A stretch of 25,949 nucleotides of DNA from Octopus sinensis (lineage: Eukaryota): the NCBI RefSeq assembly GCF_006345805.1, contig NW_021836784.1, positions 1 through 25,949 of the forward strand. Reading direction: 5' to 3'. Made by a program: the position numbers and the translations under genes. Shown one piece after another: positions 1 to 11,429 of this stretch; position 1 is the stretch's first letter, and every line of letters starts with the position of its first letter. Under the pieces are notes generated by a model. It had not been told where the DNA came from and did no database searches. It saw nothing but the letters and a program-made list of their open reading frames with translations.

Positions 1-783
1 CTTATTTCTTATTTCTTATATTCCAAATGGCCGATCGCTTGATTCTTCAGGAGCGAGCTAAGATAACAGCACGCTATGAGGTGTGGAATCCCATTGTTTT
101 GGTTCAAAGACGGTGGCGTGCATGGAAAGGTAAGCATGCAACACAACGTCAGAACACAATAAAAAGTTGTCATACAAAGCTGATGAAAACGGGCTCTGTG
201 AACGATACAAGAAGAGGTGGCCATACAACCACATCCCGATCAGCGGAGAACGTGGCAACATTACAAGAAATGTTTAATCACAGCCCGCAAAAATCAACAC
301 GTCAAGCAGCTCGTGAAAGTGGACTAACAAGACACACAATACATATGGTGTTGCCTAAAGAATTAAATTTTCGTCCGTGGAAACCACATTACATGCAGGA
401 ACTAAAACCTGATGGAATGATGTGGATCTCATGAATGTTTTCCAAGGAGTCCAGATCTCACACCATGAAATTTTTACTTCTGAGGTTACACAAAAATAGG
501 TATACGAGACAAAACCTCGCACACTGGAGGACTTGCAGACACAGATTCAAAGTGTTCTCAATTACATCCCAGACGACGTCCTTCAGAAGGTTGTTCAATT
601 CCATCCCTGGCCTTTTTGAGGAAACTGGTTGACCCCAGCGGTGCTTACCTTGAAATATGAAGATTTACCTTCATTTTCATATGTAATAAAGAACATGTAT
701 CATTTGTTTCAATAAATTCGTAAAAAGAATATGGATTTTATTACCAATTTTTAATGCGTACTTATTCTTCCCTCACTCTTTAC
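1..783 (+). mobile_element. Tc1/mariner-superfamily DNA transposon remnant (DUF4817-type N-terminus), internally deleted
   Basis: ORF 27-434 reads as a paired-HTH transposase N-terminus (VQRRWR...KLMKTGSVNDTRRGG...SPQKSTRQAARESGLTRHTIH...LNFRPWKPH). It is followed at 442-660 by the transposase C-terminus PRSPDLTP...YETKPRTLEDL...SGAYLEI*, which has stops and frameshifts. AATAAA lies at about 711 and a likely terminus CACTCTTTA at about 775-782. Confidence 0.85.
27..660 (+). pseudogene. Transposase pseudogene lacking most of the DDE/D catalytic core
   Basis: The DNA-binding region runs almost directly into the SPDLTP motif. The intervening catalytic segment is missing and in-frame stops follow PRSPDLTP. 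Confidence 0.8.
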
Positions 784-1519
784 AAACACACACATATATG
801 TTTGTGTGTATATATTTATATATACTTACATGCATCAAATATCATTCAAAGATCATTTAGTATAGATTTTGCCCTACAGCTATACATACACGGTTCTGCT
901 TCACTTTTTTCTTGGTAATTGGAAATTATAGTGCAATTTTACGTAACAATATTTATTTACTTTCATTTTACATCATCTAGCTCTTAAGGTATTTTCATTT
1001 ATTCTTTATATTTTGCGCTTTTCGATTTACCTTAATTTTAATTTTTCATTTTATATATTTTCCACTAATGTCATTGTGACGGTATTTTCATAGAACCTCA
1101 TATTTTGCATTTTTCTATTTAATGTAATGTAATGTTGCATTTCATGATATATATATTTTACAATATTTTTGTTTTACGTTTTCAACGCTTTACTCTATTT
1201 TTATATACAGCACTTCTATTTTAATTCAACATGTATTGATTAATTAGTGTTTTAATGAACCTATTCTTTTACTTCTATTTATTATATGTCATTTATATTT
1301 AATGCATTTGACTGAGAAATACTCCACCAAACGGTTTACGGAGTGAGATCTTTGAACATTGATTAAAGTGGGAAATCAAGGAGATGGGCAGAGAGGCAAT
1401 GGTAAACTGGAAGAAGAAATCCAGGGATATGAAGAAAAGAAAAAGCGAGTGATTGCACTGTAAGTTGTATTTGGTTTAAAACAATTTGAATGTATTTGGG
1501 TCCCTAAATACGATGTGTG

Positions 1520-1521
1520 CA

Positions 1522-1586
<65 letters not shown>

Positions 1587-1668
1587 AATATATATATATA
1601 TATTATATATATATATATGTATATATACATACATATAAATATACAGGCACACAGACATGTATATACAC

Positions 1669-1705
<37 letters not shown>

Positions 1706-1754
1706 TATATACACACATATATTTACATATATACATTTGATATGCGTTTGTGTA

Positions 1755-1815
<61 letters not shown>
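1520..1815. repeat. Compound microsatellite (CT)n-(CTAT)n-(AT)n-(GT)n
   Basis: Directly visible tandem di- and tetranucleotide runs. Confidence 0.95.
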
Positions 1816-2211
1816 ACCCTTTTGAAAATACTCCCGTCTTTACCACTTACATAAACTAATTTGACTTAGTTCCGAAGAATAAAACCACCCAAAACTAAAG
1901 AAGCTTCCTTTTAATTCAACATTATAATTTTGTACGTAACTCAGCATTTCTTGAATCTGGCGATACTCCTCTATTGTATTTAACTTATGTATATTCCCTA
2001 TTCAATACCTTTGCAAATAATGTTTTGATTTTTCGTTTTTGGATTTGGTTATCAAGATTCTTTATGTGAGTTCGTGACTCTCCCCAGACACAACAGAATA
2101 ATGTTTTGAGTATATGCCAATAATCTGCTGAGCAGACAGTTTCGTAAAGTATGTTGAAGACAGTGGACAAAATGTACGAACCGGAATGAAAGCCTACCTT
2201 GTCTTTAATAT

Positions 2212-2425
2212 TCTTTAATCCTTTTAGTTTTTTTCAATCATTTGACTACGGCCATGCTGGGGCACCGCATAGAAAGATTTTAGTCGAACGAATCAACACC
2301 AGCACTTATTTTTTTCAACCCTAGTCCTTATTCAATCGATCTATTGCGGAACCGTTAAGTTACCGGTGCGTAACACACAAACACCGGTTGTTAAGCGGCG
2401 ATGAGAGGACAAATACAGAGACACA
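2212..2425 (-). mobile_element. SINE family A, 3' body and tail
   Basis: The reverse complement (...GCGGTGCCCCAGCATGGCCGTAGTCAAATGATTGAAA) matches the plus-strand copies at 18845-19040 (GCGGTGCCCCAGCCAGGCCGCAGTGTAATGACTGAAA) and 21395-21610. Confidence 0.8.
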
Positions 2426-2756
2426 CATAGATATGTACATATATATATATATATATAACTTATAAACAAGGGCAAAAGAAAAATTATTTCTATGCCAATA
2501 TGCTGAGAACAGACTTTAAATCGTCAATTTCCACATTTCATTATATATTCACTATAAATACACGTCGTGCTGAAATCCAGGAATGCTAGCAAACATAATT
2601 TCTTTTCAAAGTTCGTCATTTCTATTTCGAATCAATTTTGGGATTAATCCTATGGATTCTTCCACCTTCCGTAAAAAATTTTAACCTTTAAAGGTATTTT
2701 AATATGCTGTCACTTTTGATGAATTAATTCCGAAAACATTTAATCCTATATTAGTA

Positions 2757-2790
2757 TTACATACATACATACATACATACATATTATACA

Positions 2791-2869
<79 letters not shown>

Positions 2870-2974
2870 ATATATGTAATCTATATGTATGGATATGTAT
2901 ATATATATATCTATGTATATATATATGTATATATATATATATATATATTGGTATATATGTATATATATATATGC

Positions 2975-3047
<73 letters not shown>
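2757..3047. repeat. (TACA)n-(TA)n microsatellite
   Basis: Directly visible. Confidence 0.95.
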
Positions 3048-3048
<1 letters not shown>

Positions 3049-3059
3049 GGTATACAGAT

Positions 3060-3214
3060 ATTACGACGAGCTTCTTTCAGTTTCTGTGTACCAAATCCAC
3101 TCACAAGGCTTTGGTTGGTCCGAGGTTATACTAGAAGACAAGGTACCACACAGTGCGACAAAACACGGAAAAATATGGTTGGGGCCCAAGCTTCTTACCA
3201 CACAGCCATGCCTG
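3060..3214 (-). mobile_element. SINE family A, tRNA-derived 5' head
   Basis: Minus strand reads CAGGCATGGCTGTGTGGTAAGAAGCTT (A-box-like TGGCTGTGTGG)...GCCTTGTGAGTGGATTTGGTACACAGAAACTGAAAGAAGCTCGTCGTA and runs into a (TA)n tract. A diverged homolog lies at 20352-20492. Confidence 0.8.
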
Positions 3215-3444
3215 TTTCATTTAACGATGATATTACTGAGACAATTAGATTGATGAGAAAAGTCTTAAAAGTGCTATTTCTATATAATATTGTAGCACGA
3301 GTCGTTAAAACAAACGAGAATCTGCAAGCGTTAGTAAATTTGCCCGAGTCGCTGTACTTAGTATAAATAGCAGTGAATATTCCTCAAGACGTATCATACG
3401 ACCTGGAAAATAGACACGTTGTATAATCAAGGCCGCATTACAAA

Positions 3445-3930
3445 CTGATGAAATGCCCGGCGTGCTAACGATTCTGCCAGTTCGCAGTTCTCAACATATA
3501 TTGGTGTCAAATTTTGGTAAAAGGCTAGCGGTTCGGTAGGAAGGGCCAAGTCGATTACGTCGATCGCAGTGTTCAACAATTACTTATTTCAACGACTCCG
3601 AAAGGATGAAAGACAAAGACCAATCCGGCGGTATTTGAACTCAGAACGCAAAGTCAGACGAAATACCGCTCAGCATTTTACCCAGCATTTTGCCATTTCT
3701 CCCTTCAATACTTATATTAATTTCAAATTTTCGCACAAGGCCAGCATCTTCGGGATGAGGTAAGTCGATGACATCGACCCCAGTGCTCAAATGGTACGTA
3801 TTTTATTGACCAGGAAATGATGAAAAGTAAAGTCGAAATCGGCGGAAATTTGAACTCAGCACGTAAAGACGGACGAAATGCCGCCAAGCATTTTAACCGG
3901 CGTGATGCCTATTCTGTCAGCTCATCGTTC
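3445..3930 (-). mobile_element. SINE family B, two near-complete copies plus a head fragment in tandem (~215-bp period)
   Basis: Repeated blocks CAAATTTT...AAGGC(T/C)AGC...AAGTCGAT...ATGAAA...CGGCGG...TTTGAACTCAG...ACGAAAT at about 3507-3700 and 3722-3930. CCGGCGTGCTAACGATTCTGCCAG is at 3457-3480. The minus strand has a B-box-like GAGTTCAAAT. Confidence 0.8.
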
Positions 3931-4519
3931 AATACATATATCAACGGCTACTTTTTCTAATGTTCTCGTCCCTCCAATAAGGAAGACAGGGAAAATATTT
4001 TCTACAGAAGTATAGATATCTGTATTACTCTCACATCTTAAATATTTTTTTCCAACAGTAGCATATTCACAACTGCTGACTGAATTTTAAAACAATTCTC
4101 CTGAAATCTAAGAAATAATCACATACACACACTGCAAGAATAAATGAAAGTTCTTTACACACTCTTACATTCCTGCTACGATTATATTACGAAATATAAT
4201 CTTCATATGAAAGCAGTAATATAGAAACAGTACAGTTATTATACAATAATATAACAACAATAAACACCTACATACCAATCATTCTCTCACAGAAAAAACA
4301 AACGAATCAGTCTTAGATGTTTTGAGTTATATGTCTTCACCTGTAAGACAAGTATCAATAAACTCTGTTAGCAAACACCAACAGTCAACCAGTCTCATGT
4401 AACAGCAGAGTAACTTCTGATAAGAAAAGTAATTAAAGACTCATCTGTACGTTACAGCTGATCATTTCATGACGCCCTATTTACACTGTTTGAACTTGCA
4501 CTATTCAGAAAACGTACAG

Positions 4520-4678
4520 ACATGCACACATACAGACACACCCACGCGCGCGCTTGTGCGTGTGCGCGCGTGTGTTCGTGTGTGCGTGCGTGCGTGCGTA
4601 CGTGTATATCTGCGTGTGCGTGTATGTGTGGTATTTATATATGTATATATGTGTATATGTATATATACATATATACCT

Positions 4679-4737
<59 letters not shown>
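4520..4737. repeat. Compound (CA)/(GTGC)/(TA)n microsatellite
   Basis: Directly visible; abuts the LINE 3' end. Confidence 0.95.
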
Positions 4738-4738
<1 letters not shown>

Positions 4739-4791
4739 CTTAGAATAACTAGAAAGGTTTTTGGCCAGTATTGGCCCAGGCCATGTCTAAC

Positions 4792-7700
4792 TTAATAGCA
4801 CCACCTGGCGAAGTCTTTCAGTTCAGGATTTGGGCACCAAGGCCCATTCGAGCAGAGAGTTATTGTTTGCGGAGACATATCCGGGTGTGGGTGGTTTGTC
4901 CGGTACTGTTTTAGGGAATTTGTCCAAAGACTTCTTGAATTTTGTGTGGTCAGTTTCTTTTTTGACGTGTCCTGGTGTAATGTTGAAGAGAGCGGGTCCA
5001 ATGAGGTGAAATAGTTGTGCCGTATTGTCGTTATGTGATGCGATTTAGATTTTTGTTGTGGACGGATGGCACGTGGTCTCAAGCCTTGGATGCATTTTGA
5101 AGGTGATGCCAACATCATTCGGACAGTGCTGATGGAATATTTTCCACATCATACAGATAAGGTAGCGTTCACGGCGTCGTTGGAGTGAATACAATTTCAG
5201 CTTCTCTAGTCTACCCCAGTAGTCAAGGTCTGACATGCCATCTATCTTTTTTGTGATTGACCTTTGGGGAGCTTCAATTCTCATAATATTTTGTTTTGTG
5301 TAGGGAGACCACAGTGGACAGCATATTCAAGGTGGGGTCGGGCAAAAGTGGAGAAGAGAAGGATAATAGCGTGGGAATCTCTCGACTGGAAGGTTCTGAG
5401 AATCCAGGAACCATTCTGCGGGCCATGTCAACTTTGCTGCTTATATGTGTAGCCCAGCTTATGTTGTTGTCCACTGTTACTACTCCCAGGTCTCTGATGT
5501 TGTTGGATGCCATGAGAATTTCTCCAGAAGGAAGAGAGTATGGAGTTTTCAGAGCGTCCTCCCTTCCAAAGTGGATCAGTTCGAATTTGTCTTCATTTAG
5601 CAACATTTTATTCTTTTCCGCCCATTGGACAACAGCCAGTAGGTCTGACTGAAGGTTTATTCGGTCATCCACGCCATTGATGACCTTCTGGAGCTTGGAA
5701 TCATCAGCGAATCTGATGTTGCTGGTGTTTGATGGTGTCAGTAATATCATTTATGTAGATGATGAAGAGAAGTGGGCCCAACAGTGCCTTGTGGGACACC
5801 ACTGCTGACTTTGGCTGGGCTGGATTTGACTCCTTCGACTACAACATGTTGGGTTCTGTTAGAGAGGAAGCACTTGATCCATTGCAGCAGCTTTCCAGTG
5901 ACACCAATATGGACAGCTTTCTCAGAAGGATCTTATGATCAACCCTGTCAAAGGCCTTGCTGAAATCAAGGTAGATGACATCAGTGTTGGAACCCTCTCC
6001 CAAGGCTCTCAAAATGTCATCAAAATGATGCAGTAGCTGCGTCAGGCAATCTCTCCCATTACGGAATCCATGCTGGTTGGGGTTCAGCATATTATGACTC
6101 TCAAGGAAGTGAGTCATACGCGATCTCAGCACCCTCTCAATATACCTTGATGATATGAGGGTGAGTGAGATTGGACGGTAATTCACGGCAAGCGATTTGT
6201 TTCCTTTTTTGAAAACTGGGACAACGACTGGGATAGAAGGTCTTCTGGTATATATCCACATCCAATGAGTTCCGCCACAGATTGGCTAGAGGGGGGCAAG
6301 TTGTTTTTTACACATCTTCAAGACACAAGCAGGGAACCTATCGGGACCTACTGCTGAATTATGCTTCATTTCCTTTATTGCTGCTAAGACATCAGGAGCG
6401 CCAAATGTTATGTTGTCCGATAAAGTGTATTGGGGAGTAACATCACTGATACAGCCCAGATCAGTCATATCAGGATTGCTGAAAACAGAGCAATATTGTT
6501 TCTGCAATATTTCTCCCATGGTTTTGGCATTGTCTTGAAGAGTACCATTTCATCAATCAGAGGGCCAACAGTAGAACCAGTGACTCGTGTTTTTTTGCAA
6601 ATGAAAAGAACACTTTAGATTGAGTTTGATCTTCTCAATGGCCCAGGCCTCTTCAGCTCTTCGCTGACTATTGATGATAGACATCATGTTGTTTTGGAGT
6701 TTATGTTTTTTAATCTCTAGCGACGAGATGGCAGTCAGGTTGGTGTGTTGCTGTTGACAGTATTTCAGCATGTTGATCTTTTTGTTGATTCTTTTAATTT
6801 TCCTTATGAGAGATTTTCTATTTCTAGGGATTCGACACTTAGATTTGTTTGCAGATCTTAATGGGGTGTGTCTTGCACATATGTTCGTGATGGTGTCTAC
6901 AAGTGACTGCCAGGACTTTTTGATGTTAGTGGTGTGTATGTGTGCGTGAAGGACCAATCGACTTGTGCAAGATCATTATTGATCGCTTCCCAGTTTGCAT
7001 TGTGGAAATCCATAGTGTCAAATGGATGACAGGAGGGATGACATTTTGTTTTGCATTTTGGCCAGTGAATCTCAGATCACAGAGAACCATGTCATGGTCG
7101 GAGAGTAGGGTTTTCTCCACTGCAATATTGTGGATAGTATCAGTGTGATTGCTGAAAATTAAGTCTAAGACGTTTTTGTGACATCTCGTTGGTTCGAGTA
7201 CCAGTTGGGACAAGAAGAAGTCATCCATGAAGTCAAGAAGCGATTCACACTGCCTCCCTGTCAGGGGTTGAGAGAGAAGAACCTGGCGGCAGACTGTTTG
7301 TAGACCAGTCAACCCCGGGAAGGTTGAAATCTCCCATCATTAAAATGTTGTCAGGTTGACACTGCTGAATGAAACACTTTATGCTGTTGAGGCATCCTTG
7401 AAGCATGGTAGGGGCGTTTGGGGTGGTCTGTAGAGCCCACTACTGTTAAGTTGTTGGTTTGACTGAATACAGCGACTGCTTCGCAGTATCCATTCGAAAA
7501 TATGTTCATGGCTTCTGTTGAGAATGAATCATGGACATAAATGGCAGTCCCACCCTTTCTTCTTCTGCAACACGATCAGCACGAATGGTTTTGAAATTTT
7601 TAACTTTCACCTCGGCTTCCAAGTGGAGGTCACTAAGATGGGTTTCAGTGAGGACGAAGAAAGGGATGTGGTTTGGATGGGCCTCGACCCAGTCCTCCAG

Positions 7701-7800
7701 GAATCTTATCTTCCATTTTTGTGTATTGGTGGAAGGGCTGATGCCTTGGGCATTAAGCAGAAATGTTGAGGCGAGAGTGGATGGTTTTAATTGTTTTGGT
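4792..7800 (-). pseudogene. LINE ORF2 (endonuclease + reverse transcriptase), frameshifted
   Basis: Endonuclease motifs LLNAQGI, LTETHL, GGTAIYV, LYRPP, MGDFNL (~7323-7337), LDLIF and SDHD (7091-7102). RT motifs GPD.FP, NYRPISL, QHGFRNGR, YLDFSKAFDRVDH, SGVPQG..GPLLFIIYINDI and FADD (5700-5711). These are split over several ORF-track pieces. Confidence 0.93.
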
Positions 7801-7807
7801 GATTTGT

Positions 7808-8087
7808 TTATTTGATTGCTTTTAATGGCATGTGTAGTGGGGTAATAGTGGTGGATGGCGGTGGGTGATAGCTCGGATGTTTTTTTCCAGTTCTTTTGCT
7901 AGATTCATTATAGCTAAAAAAAGAGGAAGAAGAGGTGGTTTCCTGTCTAGGGAACCGCAGGAGACTGTGGCCGCGGCTATTTTTATGTGAGTGGTTATCT
8001 TTAAATGTCCGACGAGTCCCCAGGAGATGGGTAAAGGGGCAATCCCTGTGCAAACACAATCTGTCTCGCTGGGAATAGCGGCAGATA
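7808..8087 (-). pseudogene. LINE ORF1 C-terminal fragment with CCCH-type zinc finger
   Basis: Translation CRYSQRDRLCLHRDCPFTH (C-x8-C-x4-C-x3-H) is followed by LLGTRR and a low-complexity Ser/Pro/His tail, immediately upstream of ORF2. Confidence 0.65.
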
Positions 8088-8164
8088 CCGGAGTAAACAC
8101 ATAAATGTGAAAACAAGGTGGAAAAAAAGTACTCAAATACCAGTGGTAGAGTAATATGCTTTAT

Positions 8165-8239
8165 TTAAAGCAGCAGAAAATTCAACAAAACCTGTTACTC
8201 TCTGAGTAACAGGTTTTGTTGAATTTTCTGCTGCTTTAA
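8165..8239. repeat. Perfect 36-bp inverted repeat with 3-nt loop
   Basis: 8165-8200 TTAAAGCAGCAGAAAATTCAACAAAACCTGTTACTC, loop TCT, then the exact reverse complement at 8204-8239. Confidence 0.97.
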
Positions 8240-8244
8240 TTAAA

Positions 8245-8372
<128 letters not shown>

Positions 8373-8557
8373 ATTACAGATATAGGGCAAAGAATTATTA
8401 ATTTAATAATAAATAAATTTTAGCAAGTAGTTTCGCTATGGAAAGAAAACCATTATCGGTAGAAATTTTTACAAAAAGTTTTTTATATATATAATTAAAT
8501 ATAATTAAGGGTTGTTGCTTAACCCTTAACTATATTTAATCATATATATATAAATAC

Positions 8558-8911
8558 ATTGGTTGGTAACTAAGTTCTTGCCGTTTTTCTAAATTTTGGA
8601 ATTTATTTTTTTAGAGAATTCTATTTTTGAATCATTTTGAAATCTATTTTTTTCTAGTCAATTTTAGTTAATTTTTGTTTATTTTCAGATCATTAAAATG
8701 GAATATCAACTTAAGAAAAACGAGAATTTTAGACACCTTCTTTTTGCTTTTAATAAAGATTCTAAGGCTGCAAAAGCAGCTCGCAACATTTGTGCTGTGT
8801 ACGGAGAGGGTGCCATAGCTGAAAGAACCACTCTTGATTGGTACGCTAAGTTCAAAAGCGGAAACTTTGACCCCCGAAACGCATCTCGTCCTGGCCGTCC
8901 AGTTGAGTGCT
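8558..8911 (+). mobile_element. Mariner 5' fragment (TIR-like end + transposase N-terminal HTH)
   Basis: TIR-like ATTGGTTGGTAACTAAGTTC at about 8558. ORF 8698-8913 MEYQ...FRHLLFAFN...AAKAARNICAVYGEGAIAERT..DWYAKFKSGNFD...RPGRP is a Mos1/SETMAR-type HTH ending in the GRP linker, then truncates. Confidence 0.85.
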
Positions 8912-9284
8912 GAAGGGGTTACTCTTCAGCTTGTCCTTTTATCTGATCCATTACCGACTAACATTCCTGTGCCCATCCTCCAGCTGGCTGTACATAAGAA
9001 CTTGGGTTTCTTTCGGTATATATATATATATATATATATATGATTAGATATACATACCATGCACGCATATATAGATACATATGTGTGTGTGTTTGTGTGT
9101 GCGTGCGCGAGCGTGTATAACCGTAAACAATAAATATTGGTTTTTGTGTTTTTGTATTAGAAGTGTTGAAATGTGTACTGTACGATACAAATATGAATGA
9201 AATATTTGGAACGCAGAAATACTGGGTAAATTATCCTTACAAGGGGGAAAAATTATTAACAACCAATCATGTTTCTTTTTCTCA

Positions 9285-9558
9285 TAAGCTGGCATCGTTT
9301 GACTATCATCTGTTCCCCCAAATGAAAAAAAAAATAACCACTTGGTTGGGAACCAGTATCACCGTGATGATGACGTCATATTTGCTGTTGGTGATTGTTT
9401 TTTTACAAACAAAATGAAAGCTGGATCCAAGTACGGCAACACCGATGGAAAAAATATGTGATCGACAACGAGGACTATAGTGAAAAATAAACCCCATTTG
9501 GTCTCATTCTACGAAAGTATCTTCCTCAGCCTACGCACTTTTCATCCAACTTTTGTAA
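9285..9558 (+). mobile_element. Mariner 3' fragment (degraded transposase C-terminus + 3' end)
   Basis: LASFDYHLFPQMKK resembles the YSPDLAPSDYHLF motif. It is followed across frameshifts by GNQYHRDDDVIFAV, GIQ..QHRWKK and DYSEK*, then a TIR-like CAGCCTACGCACTTTTCATCCAACTTTTGTA. Confidence 0.75.
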
Positions 9559-9769
9559 ACTTAACAAAAACCGTTCATTTCATAGAAATTACGACATTCT
9601 GTATTAAAAACATCTGAAGCTAAGTGGGAAATTATTAATTACTGCATAAATACTAACTCTGATTTGTCGTTTATTTTAAGAACAGAATAAAGAATTATTA
9701 TTTACCGCCCTGCTGATAAATTTTAAGGACAGTAATTTGTAAGTAAAGGCACATAAATAGAGTGTACTG

Positions 9770-10018
9770 GTATCTACTAGATCTCATGATTTTACGATTT
9801 TGGTGTTTACCACACCCTGGTGGTAAGTTGTTTTTTGAGCAAAACACGTCTTTCGCTCACGTTGCTCCAATTCACTCACTTGTCCATGGGTAACGCTGGG
9901 ATGGGCTGGCTTTCTGCTCAGGAGGAAGGTTGTCATCACTGTCACTTCTATGCTACGGAGATTGGGTTCTCGGAATCTTAGAACACGTGATAGAGGTTGC
10001 TGATGACGATGATGACGT
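9770..10018 (+). mobile_element. Old, diverged SINE-like element
   Basis: Contains TTGAGCAAAACAC...CACGTTGCTCCAATTCACTCA...ATGGGTAAC...GATGGGCTGGC, resembling a SINE central domain from recall, and ends in a (GAT/GAC) tail. Confidence 0.5.
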
Positions 10019-10809
10019 TTGAAATCCGCACAATTTTGCAAAATTGTCAGCTAAAAATATTATATTCAAATATGATAATCTTGGATGAGTTTTAACAATT
10101 AAATTAGTTTGGCACGTTAAAATCAGCAGATATATATTTTCTTAAATTATATCCCATTCTTTTAAGCAAATATATAAACCATCAGCGCATGTAATGCTAG
10201 ACATCCCTGAAAAGGTACGATATACTTGGTTGGAATGCCTGTGGTCATATATTTGTCTAATAGTGTTGTGTATCTAAGGCTAAACATTACTGAGACATTC
10301 ATGTCTTACATCATTCAGCCGTTCAGTTACAGCCATATTGGGACTGGATAATATTTAAATAAAAACCTAACCAAATATCACATACGTGTCAGCAGGTAAA
10401 CTTGTATATTTTACGCTAGAGGATATACTGCTAAGTAGACAAGAAAGCGGCAAAAGCAGAAAAAGAAAAAAAGAAAATTGGAAAAAGAGAAATGTCCACA
10501 AGTAATAGGTTTACAAGAAACGGGAAGAAAAAATATAACTAATAGGCGTTCGATAATATTGAGTAAGTTTCGGCGTATATTGTATCATACTTTCTCTCCT
10601 GTTCAAATTATTAATAATTAAATATACTTTACACCGACATAAATATTAAACGTATTGTATTGAAGACGATTTCCACCTGTCAGAATCTCTATTAAATATT
10701 TCTTTACACCCCACAACCTGCTCAAACACCTATATATTTTCAACCATGATATGATATGGGGTATTTAGAAAATGTTTACGTAGTCATATTGATATACATT
10801 TCCTCGAGT

Positions 10810-11061
<252 letters not shown>

Positions 11062-11070
<9 letters not shown>

Positions 11071-11380
11071 TAAAACAGTCCTTGAACGAAAATTGTATGC
11101 ACATTTTGCTTTGACGGTTAATGGCGGCCAAACCGAGGCTAGGATCGAGCTGAAAATTGGCAGGGATACTAAATGCGTGGTGAGGGTGGGACCCGCGATG
11201 GTTAAAATTCGCAAGCTATAAAAATTTGGTTGCAATGGCAAAAAGAATGATTTTTTATCGATTCAAGGGGGCCAAGAGTCCCTCTAGGTTTGTGCAATAG
11301 GCTTTTAATGCCCAGCGGCATGCACTGCAGGCTGTTGTGCTTAATAAACATACATTTTGTTGCGAAATTCCGGCTACTAG
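11062..11380 (+). mobile_element. Possible non-autonomous Helitron-like element
   Basis: GC-richer island starting TATATGTATAAAA, containing GATCGAGCTGAAAATTGGCA and ending GCGAAATTCCGGCTACTAG (CTAG at 11377-11380). The subterminal hairpin is not clear. Confidence 0.3.
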
Positions 11381-11429
11381 GAAACGATTCTTCATTGTGA
11401 AAAACGAGTGATTTTTGCCCTCATTTTCT

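Larger units (their letters stand above)
4736..8090 (-). mobile_element. Non-LTR retrotransposon (LINE, CR1/L2 group), 5'-truncated within ORF1
   Basis: Colinear minus-strand ORF1 end, APE endonuclease, RT and C-terminus (LYSLQRRRERY...GPALFN...VPDKP..PGY...NNSLLEW). There is a 3' hairpin GGCCA-GTAT-TGGCC (4763-4776) and a short repeat tail TTCTAGTTA-TTCTAAGTTA. No RNase H domain is visible. Confidence 0.93.

Noticed and set aside
5264-7815. Plus-strand ORFs overlapping the LINE
   Set aside because: They are antisense shadows of ORF2 with no recognisable motifs.
7808-8116. Intact 102-aa gene
   Set aside because: It starts at TTG inside the adjacent fold-back element; only the portion below about 8087 is LINE ORF1.
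10180-10290. Possible SINE 3' fragment
   Set aside because: Vague recalled similarity only, with no second copy in the window to confirm it.
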